A stretch of DNA of 64,000 nucleotides from Leptonemataceae bacterium (GTDB taxonomy: Bacteria > Spirochaetota > Leptospiria > Leptospirales > Leptonemataceae): NCBI GenBank assembly GCA_965227295.1, contig OZ245742.1:1152001-1216000 (forward strand). Direction: 5' to 3'. The notes under the pieces are model-generated. The model had not been told where the DNA came from and did not search any database. It saw only the letters and a program-made list of their open reading frames with translations. A program made the translations under genes and the position numbers. This document shows, piece by piece, positions 47,686 to 58,285 of this stretch (within the stretch, counting starts at the first letter, position 1; each line of letters begins with the position of its first letter).

Positions 47686-49533
47686 ATGTCGGCAAGCACG
47701 AAAAACGCGCGCATCCGCCGTCTCCCGCCGGTGTTGATCGATAAGATCGCCGCGGGAGAGGTCATCGAGGGCCCGTTCTCGGTCATCAAGGAGTTGGTAG
47801 AGAACTCCCTGGACGCCGGCGCCACGAACGTTCGCATTGAAACGCGTTCCGGCGGCATGGACCTTATTCTCATTGAGGACGACGGCGCGGGCATTCACCC
47901 GGACGATCTCAAGTTTGCCGTGCAGCGGCATGCCACGTCCAAGATCTCGGAGCTGGAGGATCTGGACGCCATCCTGACCTTCGGCTTTCGCGGCGAGGCC
48001 CTGGCCTCCATTGCCTCGGTGGCGCACCTGGACATCAAGAGTCGGCCGGCGGAGGAACGGTTGGGTGGACGCATTGAATGTCGAGGCGGGGAACTGGTGC
48101 ACGTCGAACCGGCCGGCTGCAATCCGGGCACTCTCATTCAGGTCAGCGAATTGTTTTACGCGACGCCGGCCCGCCGCAAGTTCGTAAAGACCGAGCGAAC
48201 CGAAAACGCACGCAATCATAAGGCCGTCATTCAACTCGCTCTTGCGAATCCGAACGTTCACTTTACGTACGTGCGGGACGGCAAAGAACATCTGAACCTG
48301 CCCGCGCAGTCGCTTCAGGATCGCATCGCGCAGATCTATCGCTCGAAAATCGGCGAACACTTGCTCGAAGTAGAAGCGGAAACCGCCGGCATTCGCATGA
48401 CCGGTTTTGTTACGAACGAAAACTTCTTTCGCGCGAATCGCGAGGGGCAGTTTACGTTCATTAACGGTCGCGCGGTAGATATTAAGAATTTCTCGTACTT
48501 CGTGAAGAAGGCTTACGGCGAACTCATGCCGCCGGGCTCGCATCCGTACTTTTTTCTCTTTCTGGAAATCGATCCTGATCGTGTGGACGTGAACGTGCAT
48601 CCGGCAAAGCGGGAGGTCCGCCTGCTGGATGAGTCCTCGCTGCATTCCCTGGTCGTCAACAATCTGGGGCGTGTGCTGCGCCCCGACACTCCGCTCGCCT
48701 TCGCCCGCGGATTCATGGAACGGCAGATCCATTCTTACGATCGGCAGCACCGTCCCGCGCATCAGCCGTCGCGTGCGGAAGCGGACGATCCGGTGCTTCT
48801 GGAAGGACCGGAACCGAATCGTCCCTCCTTCGATATTCGGCCGCCCACGCGGACCGCACCGCCGCCGGCTTTCGTGGATCCGGAGACCGGCGAGATCCGG
48901 GAGGATGTAGATGTTCCGGTCCCGGGCGATCATCCGGAGAACCGCGAATCGCAGCAGTCGACGTTCTTGCCGACGCGGCACTTCGGGGTCTTTTACGGAA
49001 CCTACATCCTGGCCGAGGGTCAAGACGGACTCTATATCATCGATCAACACACGGCGCACGAACGCATTAACTACGAGAAGATGCGTCGGAAAATGGAAGG
49101 CATGCGCGGCCAGCGCCAGTCGTTGCTGCATCCGATTACCATTGACTGCCTGCCGGACGAACTCGCGAACGTACTCGCACGGCGGGACGAACTGCTCGAA
49201 AGTGGCTTTCTCATTGAGGAGTTCGGGCCGTCGACGTACATCGTGCGAGAGATTCCGCCGTATGTCGATGCCGGCACCGAAACCGAGCTCATCCTGCATC
49301 TCATCCATCGCGTGCTGGAAGGCGAAGAGGGCGTGCGTCTCTACGATGAGTACGCCGCAATGAAGGCCTGCAAGGCATCGATCAAACGCAACGACTACGT
49401 GAGCGGTGAGGTGCTGAGCGAAATCCTGCGCGAACTGGCCACGTGCGAGAATCCCTCCCGCTGTCCCCACGGCCGTCCCACCATGCTCCGCATCTCTCCG
49501 GACGAGCTGGATCGCATGTTCCATCGTTCCTGA
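47686..49533 (+). CDS. mutL: DNA mismatch repair endonuclease MutL
   Basis: IAAGEVIE, GFRGEALASI, DVNVHPAK, DQHTAHERINYE, ACK, CPHGRP. Confidence 0.97.
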   Translation: MSASTKNARIRRLPPVLIDKIAAGEVIEGPFSVIKELVENSLDAGATNVRIETRSGGMDLILIEDDGAGIHPDDLKFAVQRHATSKISELEDLDAILTFGFRGEALASIASVAHLDIKSRPAEERLGGRIECRGGELVHVEPAGCNPGTLIQVSELFYATPARRKFVKTERTENARNHKAVIQLALANPNVHFTYVRDGKEHLNLPAQSLQDRIAQIYRSKIGEHLLEVEAETAGIRMTGFVTNENFFRANREGQFTFINGRAVDIKNFSYFVKKAYGELMPPGSHPYFFLFLEIDPDRVDVNVHPAKREVRLLDESSLHSLVVNNLGRVLRPDTPLAFARGFMERQIHSYDRQHRPAHQPSRAEADDPVLLEGPEPNRPSFDIRPPTRTAPPPAFVDPETGEIREDVDVPVPGDHPENRESQQSTFLPTRHFGVFYGTYILAEGQDGLYIIDQHTAHERINYEKMRRKMEGMRGQRQSLLHPITIDCLPDELANVLARRDELLESGFLIEEFGPSTYIVREIPPYVDAGTETELILHLIHRVLEGEEGVRLYDEYAAMKACKASIKRNDYVSGEVLSEILRELATCENPSRCPHGRPTMLRISPDELDRMFHRS

Positions 49534-49618
49534 ACGTTGTTTGCTCGAAACTAGCGACCGGTCCGGGCGTCAAAATCTTCATGACCGGACGCAGGGGCCG
49601 GTGTATCTGGACTGATTC

Positions 49619-50188
49619 ATGGGCGAACCGTCACCGGAAAAAAACATCCTCATTGCCGTAAGCGGCAGCATCGCCGCATACAAGATCTGCGATCTTGTGC
49701 GCAGTCTTGTGAAGCAGGGCTATCCCGTGCGTGTCGTTATGACGAAAAATGCGGAAAGATTCGTGGGCCGTGTAACATTTGAGGCGCTCACGGGACACAA
49801 GGTCTACAGCTCCGAATGGGAAGAGGGCATGGTCCATATCGATCTCAAAAACCTGGCGGCTATCTACGCGGTTATGCCGGCCACGGCGAACACCATCGGC
49901 AAGATGGCGAACGGCATCGCCGACGACATCGTTTCCAGCACGTACCTGGCGGCGACGTGCCCGGTGCTCGTCGCCCCGGCCATGAACCCGGGCATGTATA
50001 CGAACGCTGCGGTGCAACGAAACCTGAAACAGCTCGGGGAAGACGGCGTGCAAATCGTCGATCCCGGCTCCGGAGAGGTCATCTGCGGTGATACCGGCCA
50101 GGGAAAAATGGCGGACATTGCCGTGCTCGAAACGGTGCTGAAGGAGGCGTATCACCGGGCTGTCACCGGGACTCATGAAACCGTCTGA
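49619..50188 (+). CDS. coaC: Phosphopantothenoylcysteine decarboxylase (stand-alone)
   Basis: [31 protein letters not shown]. Confidence 0.9.
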   Translation: MGEPSPEKNILIAVSGSIAAYKICDLVRSLVKQGYPVRVVMTKNAERFVGRVTFEALTGHKVYSSEWEEGMVHIDLKNLAAIYAVMPATANTIGKMANGIADDIVSSTYLAATCPVLVAPAMNPGMYTNAAVQRNLKQLGEDGVQIVDPGSGEVICGDTGQGKMADIAVLETVLKEAYHRAVTGTHETV

Positions 50189-50843
50189 CTTTCGACTTGT
50201 CGTGGCCTCGGGTCCTACGCGGGAATGGATCGATCCCGTGCGTTTTCTATCCAACCCCTCCACCGGGCGGACGGGATGGTTTATCGCTCAGGCGGGACTG
50301 GATCTCGGCTTTCGGGAAGTGGTTCTGATTTCCGGTCCGGGCGTCGAAGAGTTTCGCACGCTGGACGGGGCGCGCACCGTTCGCGTGGATACCACCGCTG
50401 AAATGACCTCGGCCGTTCGGGATGAAATCTGCGACGGCAGCCTGCTCATTATGTCGGCGGCTCCGGCCGATTACACGCCCGTACAGTCCAGCAATCGAAA
50501 GCTCAAGAAGAACAGCGGCGTGCCCATGACCATCACGCTCGCTCCCACCACGGACATATTGAAGTCCATCATCTCTCTTGCGGACCAATGGCCGAACTTT
50601 TATCGCGTGGGTTTCGCCGCCGAGACACATGACCTGGCAGACTACGCGCTGAAAAAGCTCAAAGAAAAGAACCTCGACTTCATCTGCGGCAATGAGGTTT
50701 TTAAGGGCGAAGCCGGTTTTGGGGATAGGGAGAATACTCTACTGATTATTGACAAATCCGGCAAAACTGTAAAAATAGGTCCGTACGCCAAGCGCGAACT
50801 CGCCCGGAGGCTGCTGGACCATTTGATCACCGAAATTCAGTGA
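50175..50843 (+). CDS. coaB: Phosphopantothenate-cysteine ligase (stand-alone)
   Basis: [31 protein letters not shown]. Confidence 0.9.
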   Translation: MKPSDFRLVVASGPTREWIDPVRFLSNPSTGRTGWFIAQAGLDLGFREVVLISGPGVEEFRTLDGARTVRVDTTAEMTSAVRDEICDGSLLIMSAAPADYTPVQSSNRKLKKNSGVPMTITLAPTTDILKSIISLADQWPNFYRVGFAAETHDLADYALKKLKEKNLDFICGNEVFKGEAGFGDRENTLLIIDKSGKTVKIGPYAKRELARRLLDHLITEIQ

Positions 50844-50863
50844 TCCTGGCCGGCGCGGAGTCC

Positions 50864-51778
50864 ATGTCTTTACATCGTATCGTTCTTATCGTAATCGTCC
50901 TGTGTGTATCCGTTTCCGTATCCGCGGAAACCATCTATCTCAAAAACGGTTTGAAGATTCCCGGTCAAATCGTCGGTCAGGATCGTGAGTCCATTCGCAT
51001 CAAAACCCTGAACGGCGGAGTCCGACGCATTCTCAAAAGTCAGGTTCGGCGCGTAACGTACGAGCCTGTGGCCGAGACCCGTCGTCGTGAAGAAGCGGCG
51101 CAGAAGCGGGCCGAAGAGGCAGCTCGTCGCAAGGAAGAAGAAGAGCAGCGCAAGAAAGAAGAAGAGGCGGCCAGGAGAGCCGAGGAAGAGGCCAAAGAAG
51201 CCGAAGAGGCCGCAAAGAACGAAGAGAACCAGGAGAAGCGCGCGGAGGAAGAAGCCGCCCGCAAAGAAGAAGAAGAGCGCGAGCAACGTGAAGCCGCGTA
51301 CGAATCCGGCGAGCCGTATCGCATGGAAGCCCTGCTGCGCAGCCTCATCCTGCCCGGCTGGGGCCAGTACTATCAGGGTCGTAGCGGCGCCGCGTTCGGA
51401 ATCGGCGGAGCCTTTTTCGCCTCGGCCGCCGGCATGAGCTACTACGATCGCATCTACGCATCCCGGCGTAACGACTACGAAACTTCGGCCAATCAGTTTT
51501 TTCTGACGTCGCCGTTGTTCCTTTCGTCGGCCGGCTTCTCCATTTCCAGTCCGCTGCAACTGGCGCCTCTCGGGTTCGGCATTGCTCAGAATACTTCCGC
51601 GGCGCGCGTGCGCATGGAAGACGCGGCGCGCTGGTCGAACAACTTCCGCACGCTGTTGGTGGGTCTGTATGTTTGGAACCTGGCCGATGTATTGATCTTC
51701 CATCCGTCAGCGGACCAGGAAGTCGGCGTCTCGGTAAGACCGGGCGGCGCGGGTATGCGCTACAGTTTCTATTTCTGA
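50864..51778 (+). CDS. Exported LA_0442/LA_0875-type protein with long charged helix and DUF5683-like C-terminus
   Basis: Signal peptide, ETIYLKNG, E/K/R/A tract, RSLILPGWGQYY, C-terminal F. Confidence 0.7.
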   Translation: MSLHRIVLIVIVLCVSVSVSAETIYLKNGLKIPGQIVGQDRESIRIKTLNGGVRRILKSQVRRVTYEPVAETRRREEAAQKRAEEAARRKEEEEQRKKEEEAARRAEEEAKEAEEAAKNEENQEKRAEEEAARKEEEEREQREAAYESGEPYRMEALLRSLILPGWGQYYQGRSGAAFGIGGAFFASAAGMSYYDRIYASRRNDYETSANQFFLTSPLFLSSAGFSISSPLQLAPLGFGIAQNTSAARVRMEDAARWSNNFRTLLVGLYVWNLADVLIFHPSADQEVGVSVRPGGAGMRYSFYF

Positions 51779-51787
51779 GCCTCGCCC

Positions 51788-52531
51788 TTGCGGATCCTCG
51801 TTCTCACCGGCATTCAGGAAGAACTGTTGCCGCTGTTGGAACTGCACGACTTCGCATTTGATCGCGGTGTCGGTGCCTATCGCTCCAAACGTTCCTCCGA
51901 GGTCTACGCTGCCACCACGGGCCCCGGCGTTAAGAAGGCCCGGGAACTCCGCCGCCTCCTGGAATCCGTGGTCCCGCACGTCATCGTAAACGGCGGACTC
52001 ACCGGTTTACTCAAAGAAGAAGATGATGCTCGTGCGGGGGATCGCCTCCGCCTGGGGTCCGTAGTGGACCGGCGGACGGGGGTCATTTATCCCGGCGGGC
52101 CCGGTCGCGATCGCCTGGTGAGCGTGGAGGCGCCGTTGTTTGAGCCCGCCGACAAGATGGACGTTGCCCTGGACTTTCAGGCGCGAGCCTGTGAGATGGA
52201 AGCCGCGCACATTCTGCGCATTGTCGGTCAAATCGAGGAAGTGTCCTCCGGGTCGGTCGTGATTTTCTGCAAGGTTGTCGGTGATCGGCCGGATTCGTAT
52301 CATCTGTTTCAACACGAGCACCTGGTGCGCGCCTGGCACCGCAAGCAGTACCTTGAGAAATGGTGGGCCGGGCTGCGCTTTCCGGGGGGACCCTGGCGGC
52401 TCCAGGAATTGTTGGCCATGAAAGAGACGGCCCTGGCATCACTCGGTCGCCGGCTCGCCGCGTTGATCGATCGGATCGTGCGGGCGAAGGGCGTACCGGC
52501 GAAAACGGACAGCATTTTTATTCCCCACTGA
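51788..52531 (+). CDS. Nucleoside phosphorylase-like (PNP/UDP fold) protein, divergent
   Basis: ILVLTGIQEE, TGPG, GLTGLL, CEMEAA, KVVGD. Confidence 0.65.
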   Translation: MRILVLTGIQEELLPLLELHDFAFDRGVGAYRSKRSSEVYAATTGPGVKKARELRRLLESVVPHVIVNGGLTGLLKEEDDARAGDRLRLGSVVDRRTGVIYPGGPGRDRLVSVEAPLFEPADKMDVALDFQARACEMEAAHILRIVGQIEEVSSGSVVIFCKVVGDRPDSYHLFQHEHLVRAWHRKQYLEKWWAGLRFPGGPWRLQELLAMKETALASLGRRLAALIDRIVRAKGVPAKTDSIFIPH

Positions 52532-52569
52532 TTCCTCCCCCGCGTCGATATTGACTGATAGGCGACTCC

Positions 52570-54135
52570 ATGGTTACCCTCGTCCTCGGCATCTCACTGT
52601 TTCTGTTGGCCCTGGGCGCACTGTACTATTTCACCATCTACGATCGGGGCAGTGTCTATGATCGCGCGCTGACCCTGGCGAAGTCCGGCAACTACATGGA
52701 CGCCCGGGCCCTCATTCGATCCCGGGTGGAGCGCAATCCCGACGATTCTCGCGCGCACTACTTCATGTCGCGCATCTACGCCGAGGAGGGGAATGAGGAT
52801 CAGGAGCTGGATCACCTCAAGCAGATCAAACGCATCAACCGCTACTCTTCCGACATCTCGCCGACGCAGGTCATCGGTCGCATCGGGCAAATCTACTACG
52901 AGGACGATCGCCTGGGCGAGGCCTTCGAGAACTACCTGGATATGCTCCAGTTCGATCCGAACCACGAGGCCGCCCTGGCGAATATCTCGTTCCTGGCTAT
53001 CGGCCAGGGTGAGTTTGAAACGGCGGAGAAGTACTTTAAGCGCCTGGTGAAAGTGGCTCCCACGGTTGCGGACTATCACATTGCGCGCGGCGTAGGCCTG
53101 GCCATGCTGAAAGAAAAAGAAGAGGCCCTGGAAGAACTGAAGCTCGGCCTGGCGCAGGAGCCGAAGAACCAGGCCGCGCAATTTTTGACGGCGCTGCAAT
53201 CGTTCAAAGCGAACGATTTTGAAGGGGCCGCAAAAATCCTGGAACAGCTTCTTCCGCGCGTGACGGACATCTACGTGGCCTACATTACAAACCGCCTGGC
53301 GACGGTGGTTTCGTACCTGGCCCAGGACTACGAGAGCGCCGTGAAGCATGCCGAGCGTTGTCTCGATACCGCCTTGAAAGAAGAATGGGACGGCGAAGAG
53401 TACGATGCGCGATTGTCCGTGGCGTACATGGCCATGCTCCAGGGAAATCTGGACAAGGCCAACGAGCACCTGCTGGAACTTGAGATCCGCAATCCCACCG
53501 ACGACCTGGTGATGAAAATCTCGGACTTTCGCATGGACCTGGAGGAACAGGTGGCGCAGATCGATCAGGTGAGTCCGCGGGGCTTCGACTTCGTTTCGCA
53601 CTTACAGGATTGGGCCCGGCAGCGTTTTCATGACGACGCCCTCTATCGCCTCTCGGGTCTCAAGATGGAGCAGGAGTTCGACGTGCTCGCCTACTTCACC
53701 AGCGAAGGTGCCGTGAAAAAAACCGACCCGTCTCAGGATTCCGATGTGAATCCGGATGAACTCATTGCGCGGTTCAACAGTCTCAAAGGGGACTCGTTCA
53801 AGTCGGCGTGCCAGAGCATCATCTCGCTCCTGGGCTTCAAGGTACAGAAAGAGCTGCAGTACCGCGACAAAGACGGCGCCGACTTCATAGCGGTGAGCCT
53901 TGCCGACAAAAAGATCAAGGCGCTCTTTCGCATTCGCCAGTGGTCCGGGGCACCGATCTCGGATATCTTTCTGCGCGATCAGCAAAACTATATGAACGAA
54001 CTGAAAGTAAACCAGGGTTTCGTGGTCGCCGGCGCGCGTCTCACCGGCGGTGCCGAGCAGGCCCTGGAGCAACTCAAGAAGATCACCGTGGTCAACGAAC
54101 AGGCCTTCGGTGAAATCTTACAAAAGGTCCTGTGA
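52570..54135 (+). CDS. Membrane-anchored TPR protein with C-terminal Mrr-like restriction endonuclease fold
   Basis: N-terminal TM, TPR repeats, F...C..I...LGF.V...DGADFIA. Confidence 0.7.
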   Translation: MVTLVLGISLFLLALGALYYFTIYDRGSVYDRALTLAKSGNYMDARALIRSRVERNPDDSRAHYFMSRIYAEEGNEDQELDHLKQIKRINRYSSDISPTQVIGRIGQIYYEDDRLGEAFENYLDMLQFDPNHEAALANISFLAIGQGEFETAEKYFKRLVKVAPTVADYHIARGVGLAMLKEKEEALEELKLGLAQEPKNQAAQFLTALQSFKANDFEGAAKILEQLLPRVTDIYVAYITNRLATVVSYLAQDYESAVKHAERCLDTALKEEWDGEEYDARLSVAYMAMLQGNLDKANEHLLELEIRNPTDDLVMKISDFRMDLEEQVAQIDQVSPRGFDFVSHLQDWARQRFHDDALYRLSGLKMEQEFDVLAYFTSEGAVKKTDPSQDSDVNPDELIARFNSLKGDSFKSACQSIISLLGFKVQKELQYRDKDGADFIAVSLADKKIKALFRIRQWSGAPISDIFLRDQQNYMNELKVNQGFVVAGARLTGGAEQALEQLKKITVVNEQAFGEILQKVL

Positions 54136-54728
54136 TGTCGCGTTCTGGTTGGATGATGGTCATACTTGCGGTTGCATTCGCGCTGAGTGCCTGCGATCCG
54201 CAGCCGGAACACGAGGAACGTTCCGCCGCCGCCATGCGTAAGTTCGAAGACATGCCCCGGGTAAAAATCGGGGCCGTGCCTGGCGACGATCCGCAGGTTC
54301 GCGCGGACGTCGAGGCCGCCGTGGATTTGCTGGAAGAGTTGATCGCCATGGTGGATCGGCGGGACCTCGCGGCCCTGCCCGAGCACGTGAATCAGGAGCG
54401 CGGACTCTATGTCGACCTGAAGGCCCATCGGGAGTTCGCCGACATTGCCGCCGATGTCCGGAACCCGTCCGGATATCTGAACACGTACTACCTGGATACC
54501 GAGGCCCTGCGGCAGCGCAGCGGTGATCCGGAAAGCGTGGCCGTGCGGGACGTGCTGCGGCTGAGCCGCACGATTATTGCCGACGCGTATCTCAGCCGCA
54601 CGGATTCCGGCGAGCGCCAGGTTGAATTACGGTTGCGGCTCGAAGACGCTCCGACGAAAAGCTACTATCTGAACAATCCGGTCTTTGTGAAAGATGAGAC
54701 GGGTTGGACGGTGTTTCGGCTCTTCTGA
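54132..54728 (+). CDS. Hypothetical lipoprotein
   Basis: Lipobox LSAC. Confidence 0.7.
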   Translation: MMSRSGWMMVILAVAFALSACDPQPEHEERSAAAMRKFEDMPRVKIGAVPGDDPQVRADVEAAVDLLEELIAMVDRRDLAALPEHVNQERGLYVDLKAHREFADIAADVRNPSGYLNTYYLDTEALRQRSGDPESVAVRDVLRLSRTIIADAYLSRTDSGERQVELRLRLEDAPTKSYYLNNPVFVKDETGWTVFRLF

Positions 54729-56713
54729 GTGTTCGCTTGCGTTTTTGGTACATAAAGATCCCCGCCACGATTTTGATCGTGCTCGGCACGGCCTTGCTCG
54801 TGCGTTCCGCCCTGGACCAGTCGTGGGCGTTCCTGCTGGAGAAGTGTCCGAACACCGACGTACTTTTGTGGGACGCGAACCTGCGATTGTTGACGGTCCT
54901 CGATCAGTACCAGGACCTGCGCGACGGCGACGTCGTCCGGGCCCTCTACCCGGTGTTTGACGCTCCCACCTGGCCGACGCTCCGAAACTTCCTGTCTCTG
55001 ACGCTCTTTTTCGTAAACCCCGGCGGGCCGAGCACCATCGTCGATATTTCGATCAGCTTCGTGTTCTACATTCTGATCTTTCCGTCGATTCTGCTGATCG
55101 CCTTCGAGATTACGCGCGACTGGTTGCGCGCCGCGCTGATCTTCTTCTTCGCTTCGATGATGATCATTCACGCGCGGGAGTTTCCGGTGTACTCGCTCTC
55201 CGCGATGCTTGAGACCCAGGGCATGTTTTTCATGCTCTGGACCACGTACTTTCTATTTAAGATTTACGAGAACTTCGCCTTTCGGGAGGCTTCGCTAATT
55301 GTTCGCGAGCGTAAGTTTGTGCCGCGACGCAAGCGGTTCTTCTGGGGACTGTTGATTTTCAGTCAGGGGCTCTTCCATACGAAGTACCCTTACGGCATCA
55401 TGCTGATCCTCGCCATCTTCGCCGTGGACATTTTGCGCGGCCCCGGGCGTTACATTGATCTGCTGGCGTTGATGTTTGATCAGCACTTCTTCGGCAAGCG
55501 CCGCTCCCGGTGGCAGACGTTCTTTTTCGTGCTGCGCATTCTGGTGCTGGTGAACTTCGTCGGCGCAGTCGTGGCGAACGCCTTCGGTGTGCCGCTGACG
55601 AAGTACGTCAAGGACGCGTTCTTCTTCGTACTCGTGGTGTTCTTCATCGATGTGAACGTCTACTTCTTCCGCAATCGATTCGCCCTTGCGCGACTCATGG
55701 GCGCGGCCACAGCCCAGGTCTACGTCGCCGTCGTACTGCCCACCGCGGCCTGGATGTTGCTGCATCCCGATCGTGTTTCGAGCATCATCGGTACCCAGCA
55801 GCATTCCCAGGAAGCCGGTCGTAGTTATACGCAGAGTCTGGCCACGAACGTCTTCGACGATCCCCTGCCGTTTCTGGTCATGAGCGCCCTGGCCGGTATT
55901 GCGTTGCTGATCTTTCTCATTGCCCGGGCGCGGCGGGGAGTCGAGCGTGGTGAGCGCCTGGATACGTTACTGGCGAATTTCGGCCGACCGTTGACCGCGG
56001 CGACGTTCGTCCTCTTATTTCAGTTCCTGATCATGGAACTGCTCACCGACAATAAGCAGCTCCGGCACATCTATCACCTGGTGCCGGCTCTCCTGGTCGT
56101 AGCCGGCGCCTGGGTGATGCGCTTTCCGTACCTGCTCGGCCTTTCCGGTCCGCGTTTCGTTAACGTCCGCCGCGGCATTGTGCTGCTCACTCTGGCGTTG
56201 CCGTTGATCGCCGTGCGGCCGGTCCTCGCACCGGGTGGATTGCTGGCCGGTCAGATCTTGCCGGCGGAACCCGACGTTGCGTACGTGCAGGCGCGGCACA
56301 TGTGTTTCACCGGAACGGAACGCGAGGTGTACGAACCCGTGCGTTGGTTCGCGCTGCGCCTGGACCCGGCGAAGCGGTACATCTTACTGAACTCGTTTCA
56401 TCATATCTATGAACCGGTGCCGGGGCGGTTTCTCGCGACGGACTTCGACCTGCTGCTGCGCATGCGAACTCTGCAGCAGGGTGCTGTGCGCAACGACTCG
56501 CAGTATCGCCGGGACAACTGGGAAGAATTCGACGCCGCGTTGCTGTTGACGCAGTCATGTGATGATGCTTTCGCGCAGGCGGCCGCCGATGAGCTGCAGC
56601 AACGCGCCGCGAAGTTGGGCCATCAGGTTACGCTTACGTCCGCGTACGCGCACCCGACCGCGCCGCTGTGTTTGCGTGAGTATCGCCTGGAATCGATGCG
56701 CTCCGAACCGTAG
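54704..56713 (+). CDS. Polytopic membrane protein, possibly GT-C-like
   Basis: More than 10 TM segments; WD, PT.P, MLE and TKY motifs reminiscent of ArnT/PMT. Confidence 0.55.
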   Translation: MDGVSALLSVRLRFWYIKIPATILIVLGTALLVRSALDQSWAFLLEKCPNTDVLLWDANLRLLTVLDQYQDLRDGDVVRALYPVFDAPTWPTLRNFLSLTLFFVNPGGPSTIVDISISFVFYILIFPSILLIAFEITRDWLRAALIFFFASMMIIHAREFPVYSLSAMLETQGMFFMLWTTYFLFKIYENFAFREASLIVRERKFVPRRKRFFWGLLIFSQGLFHTKYPYGIMLILAIFAVDILRGPGRYIDLLALMFDQHFFGKRRSRWQTFFFVLRILVLVNFVGAVVANAFGVPLTKYVKDAFFFVLVVFFIDVNVYFFRNRFALARLMGAATAQVYVAVVLPTAAWMLLHPDRVSSIIGTQQHSQEAGRSYTQSLATNVFDDPLPFLVMSALAGIALLIFLIARARRGVERGERLDTLLANFGRPLTAATFVLLFQFLIMELLTDNKQLRHIYHLVPALLVVAGAWVMRFPYLLGLSGPRFVNVRRGIVLLTLALPLIAVRPVLAPGGLLAGQILPAEPDVAYVQARHMCFTGTEREVYEPVRWFALRLDPAKRYILLNSFHHIYEPVPGRFLATDFDLLLRMRTLQQGAVRNDSQYRRDNWEEFDAALLLTQSCDDAFAQAAADELQQRAAKLGHQVTLTSAYAHPTAPLCLREYRLESMRSEP

Positions 56714-56725
56714 CGAGCCGTGCAC

Positions 56726-58282
56726 TCAGCTCTTGCGTGCCTGCAAGAATCGCTTGAACACCACGACGTTCGTTGCGCCGATCCATTCGTTCATATTCTC
56801 CCGGAAAAGTTCCTGGCGGGTCTGTGTGCGCTTCACTTCTTCCGGAAGCTTCGCGTACTCTTCCATGGCCCGCTGAGAAACTTCTCCGTGCATGCGCTTT
56901 ACAGCCATGACGATTTGCTTGTACGTCGGGTAGTCGTCGCGCTGCTCATTATCAATCTTCGGCAATACTTCCTCGCGCCAGAACTCCAGGACCGCCTTGC
57001 GAATGAGTTCGCCGGGCATGAATTTCGTAATCACGCGTTTGTTCGGCGCCTTGCGGTGCAGCGCGCCGGTTTTCGCTTCCTGTAGAAACTTCACGGTTAG
57101 GTTAAAGAACGCCGGCGGGCCCAGGTGATACAGGAACAGGTCCCGGTACTTCGGCTGCACGCCGACGTTGAGCGTGGTAATGTCGATCACCAGATTAAAG
57201 AACGCTTTCAGGAACTGCACGTACTCCCCTTCAATGTCCTTCTGTTCGTGGAGGCGTGCTTTGCGAGAGACGTTTATGATGAAATCGCTTTTAATGAACT
57301 GCTGATCCGCGCCCATGTGCGTATCCATGTAAACGACATGGCGGAAGCGTTCGCGTTCTTCTTCCAGGGCCCGCGGATCGTACTGAAAGTAGTAGTGCGG
57401 CGTTTGGTTCCATGCGGCCGAACCGGAGGCGTCCAGGCGCCAGTCATCGAGTTGCGGTGCCGGCCCGGTCGGAGTTCCACCCGCCCGGCGTTGCTCCGGC
57501 AGTACGGCGGTACCGAGCTGCTTCGGGTCCAGGCGTTCATCGTTTGCGAAGATGGCGTCCACGTAGCGATCCAGGTTTGGCGTGTAAATCGTAGAGAGGG
57601 TGTACTCGATTTCAGGACTGTAGATGGCCGCGCCGGCAAGTTGCTTCGAAGTGGCGGGGTCGCGTTGGAGATGTAAGATTTTTCCCATGCGGTCCAGGAA
57701 GAGACGCAACGCCTGGTTGCCGTCCACCGCGGGACGAACAGCCTGGGCGGAAAGCTGTCGGCGGATCTCCGAGTTGTCTCCAATGCGGGCCTCGTCCAGA
57801 CCGTTTAGTATCGTATTCCAGAGATCGGCGGATGTCTCGCAGAAGTTTTGCAGATAGACGTACGTTTTCAGATACGCCACGAAAGCCTGACGATGATCGG
57901 TAACATCGCCTGAGAAAATGTTATGATATTCCCTGCGGGCCTCTTTGTCGATATTCGACGGATGCAGGTCCGAAGCCAGCTCACGGCAGAGCTTTTGAAT
58001 GTCGGTCAGGGCCTTGTCGATCTCGGCCCGGTGGGGCCCGAGCTTGCCGCGGTCTTCGCCGCTGAGGATGGACGACGAGAGTAGCTGCTGGGCCGTGCGG
58101 GCGGCCTCCTGGTGGCGTTCCAGAATGGCCGAATAGCCCGTCTTGAACGGGGAGAGGCGGGCTATTTCGTCCCGGTCGCTGCTTTCGTTTTGCTGATTGA
58201 GGTCCACGGAATCCGCTTGATTGCTTGCGTGGTGTCGTTCCACTGACAGGCGTACATGTCTGTCCGCATCTACACGCAGCAT
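56726..58282 (-). CDS. Hypothetical helical protein
   Basis: 518-aa ORF with host-like codon usage; true start probably further in. Confidence 0.7.
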   Translation of the reverse strand: MLRVDADRHVRLSVERHHASNQADSVDLNQQNESSDRDEIARLSPFKTGYSAILERHQEAARTAQQLLSSSILSGEDRGKLGPHRAEIDKALTDIQKLCRELASDLHPSNIDKEARREYHNIFSGDVTDHRQAFVAYLKTYVYLQNFCETSADLWNTILNGLDEARIGDNSEIRRQLSAQAVRPAVDGNQALRLFLDRMGKILHLQRDPATSKQLAGAAIYSPEIEYTLSTIYTPNLDRYVDAIFANDERLDPKQLGTAVLPEQRRAGGTPTGPAPQLDDWRLDASGSAAWNQTPHYYFQYDPRALEEERERFRHVVYMDTHMGADQQFIKSDFIINVSRKARLHEQKDIEGEYVQFLKAFFNLVIDITTLNVGVQPKYRDLFLYHLGPPAFFNLTVKFLQEAKTGALHRKAPNKRVITKFMPGELIRKAVLEFWREEVLPKIDNEQRDDYPTYKQIVMAVKRMHGEVSQRAMEEYAKLPEEVKRTQTRQELFRENMNEWIGATNVVVFKRFLQARKS

Positions 58283-58285
58283 TCG

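Noticed and set aside
47647-49524. 625-aa ORF antisense to mutL (similar ones oppose lpxD, the TPR-Mrr gene, pntB and others)
   Set aside because: Shadow frames expected from high-GC codon bias; no motifs, and the sense genes are unambiguous
49619-50843. coaBC split as a frameshifted pseudogene
   Set aside because: Both halves have their own starts, complete motifs and a short overlap; stand-alone CoaC/CoaB are known
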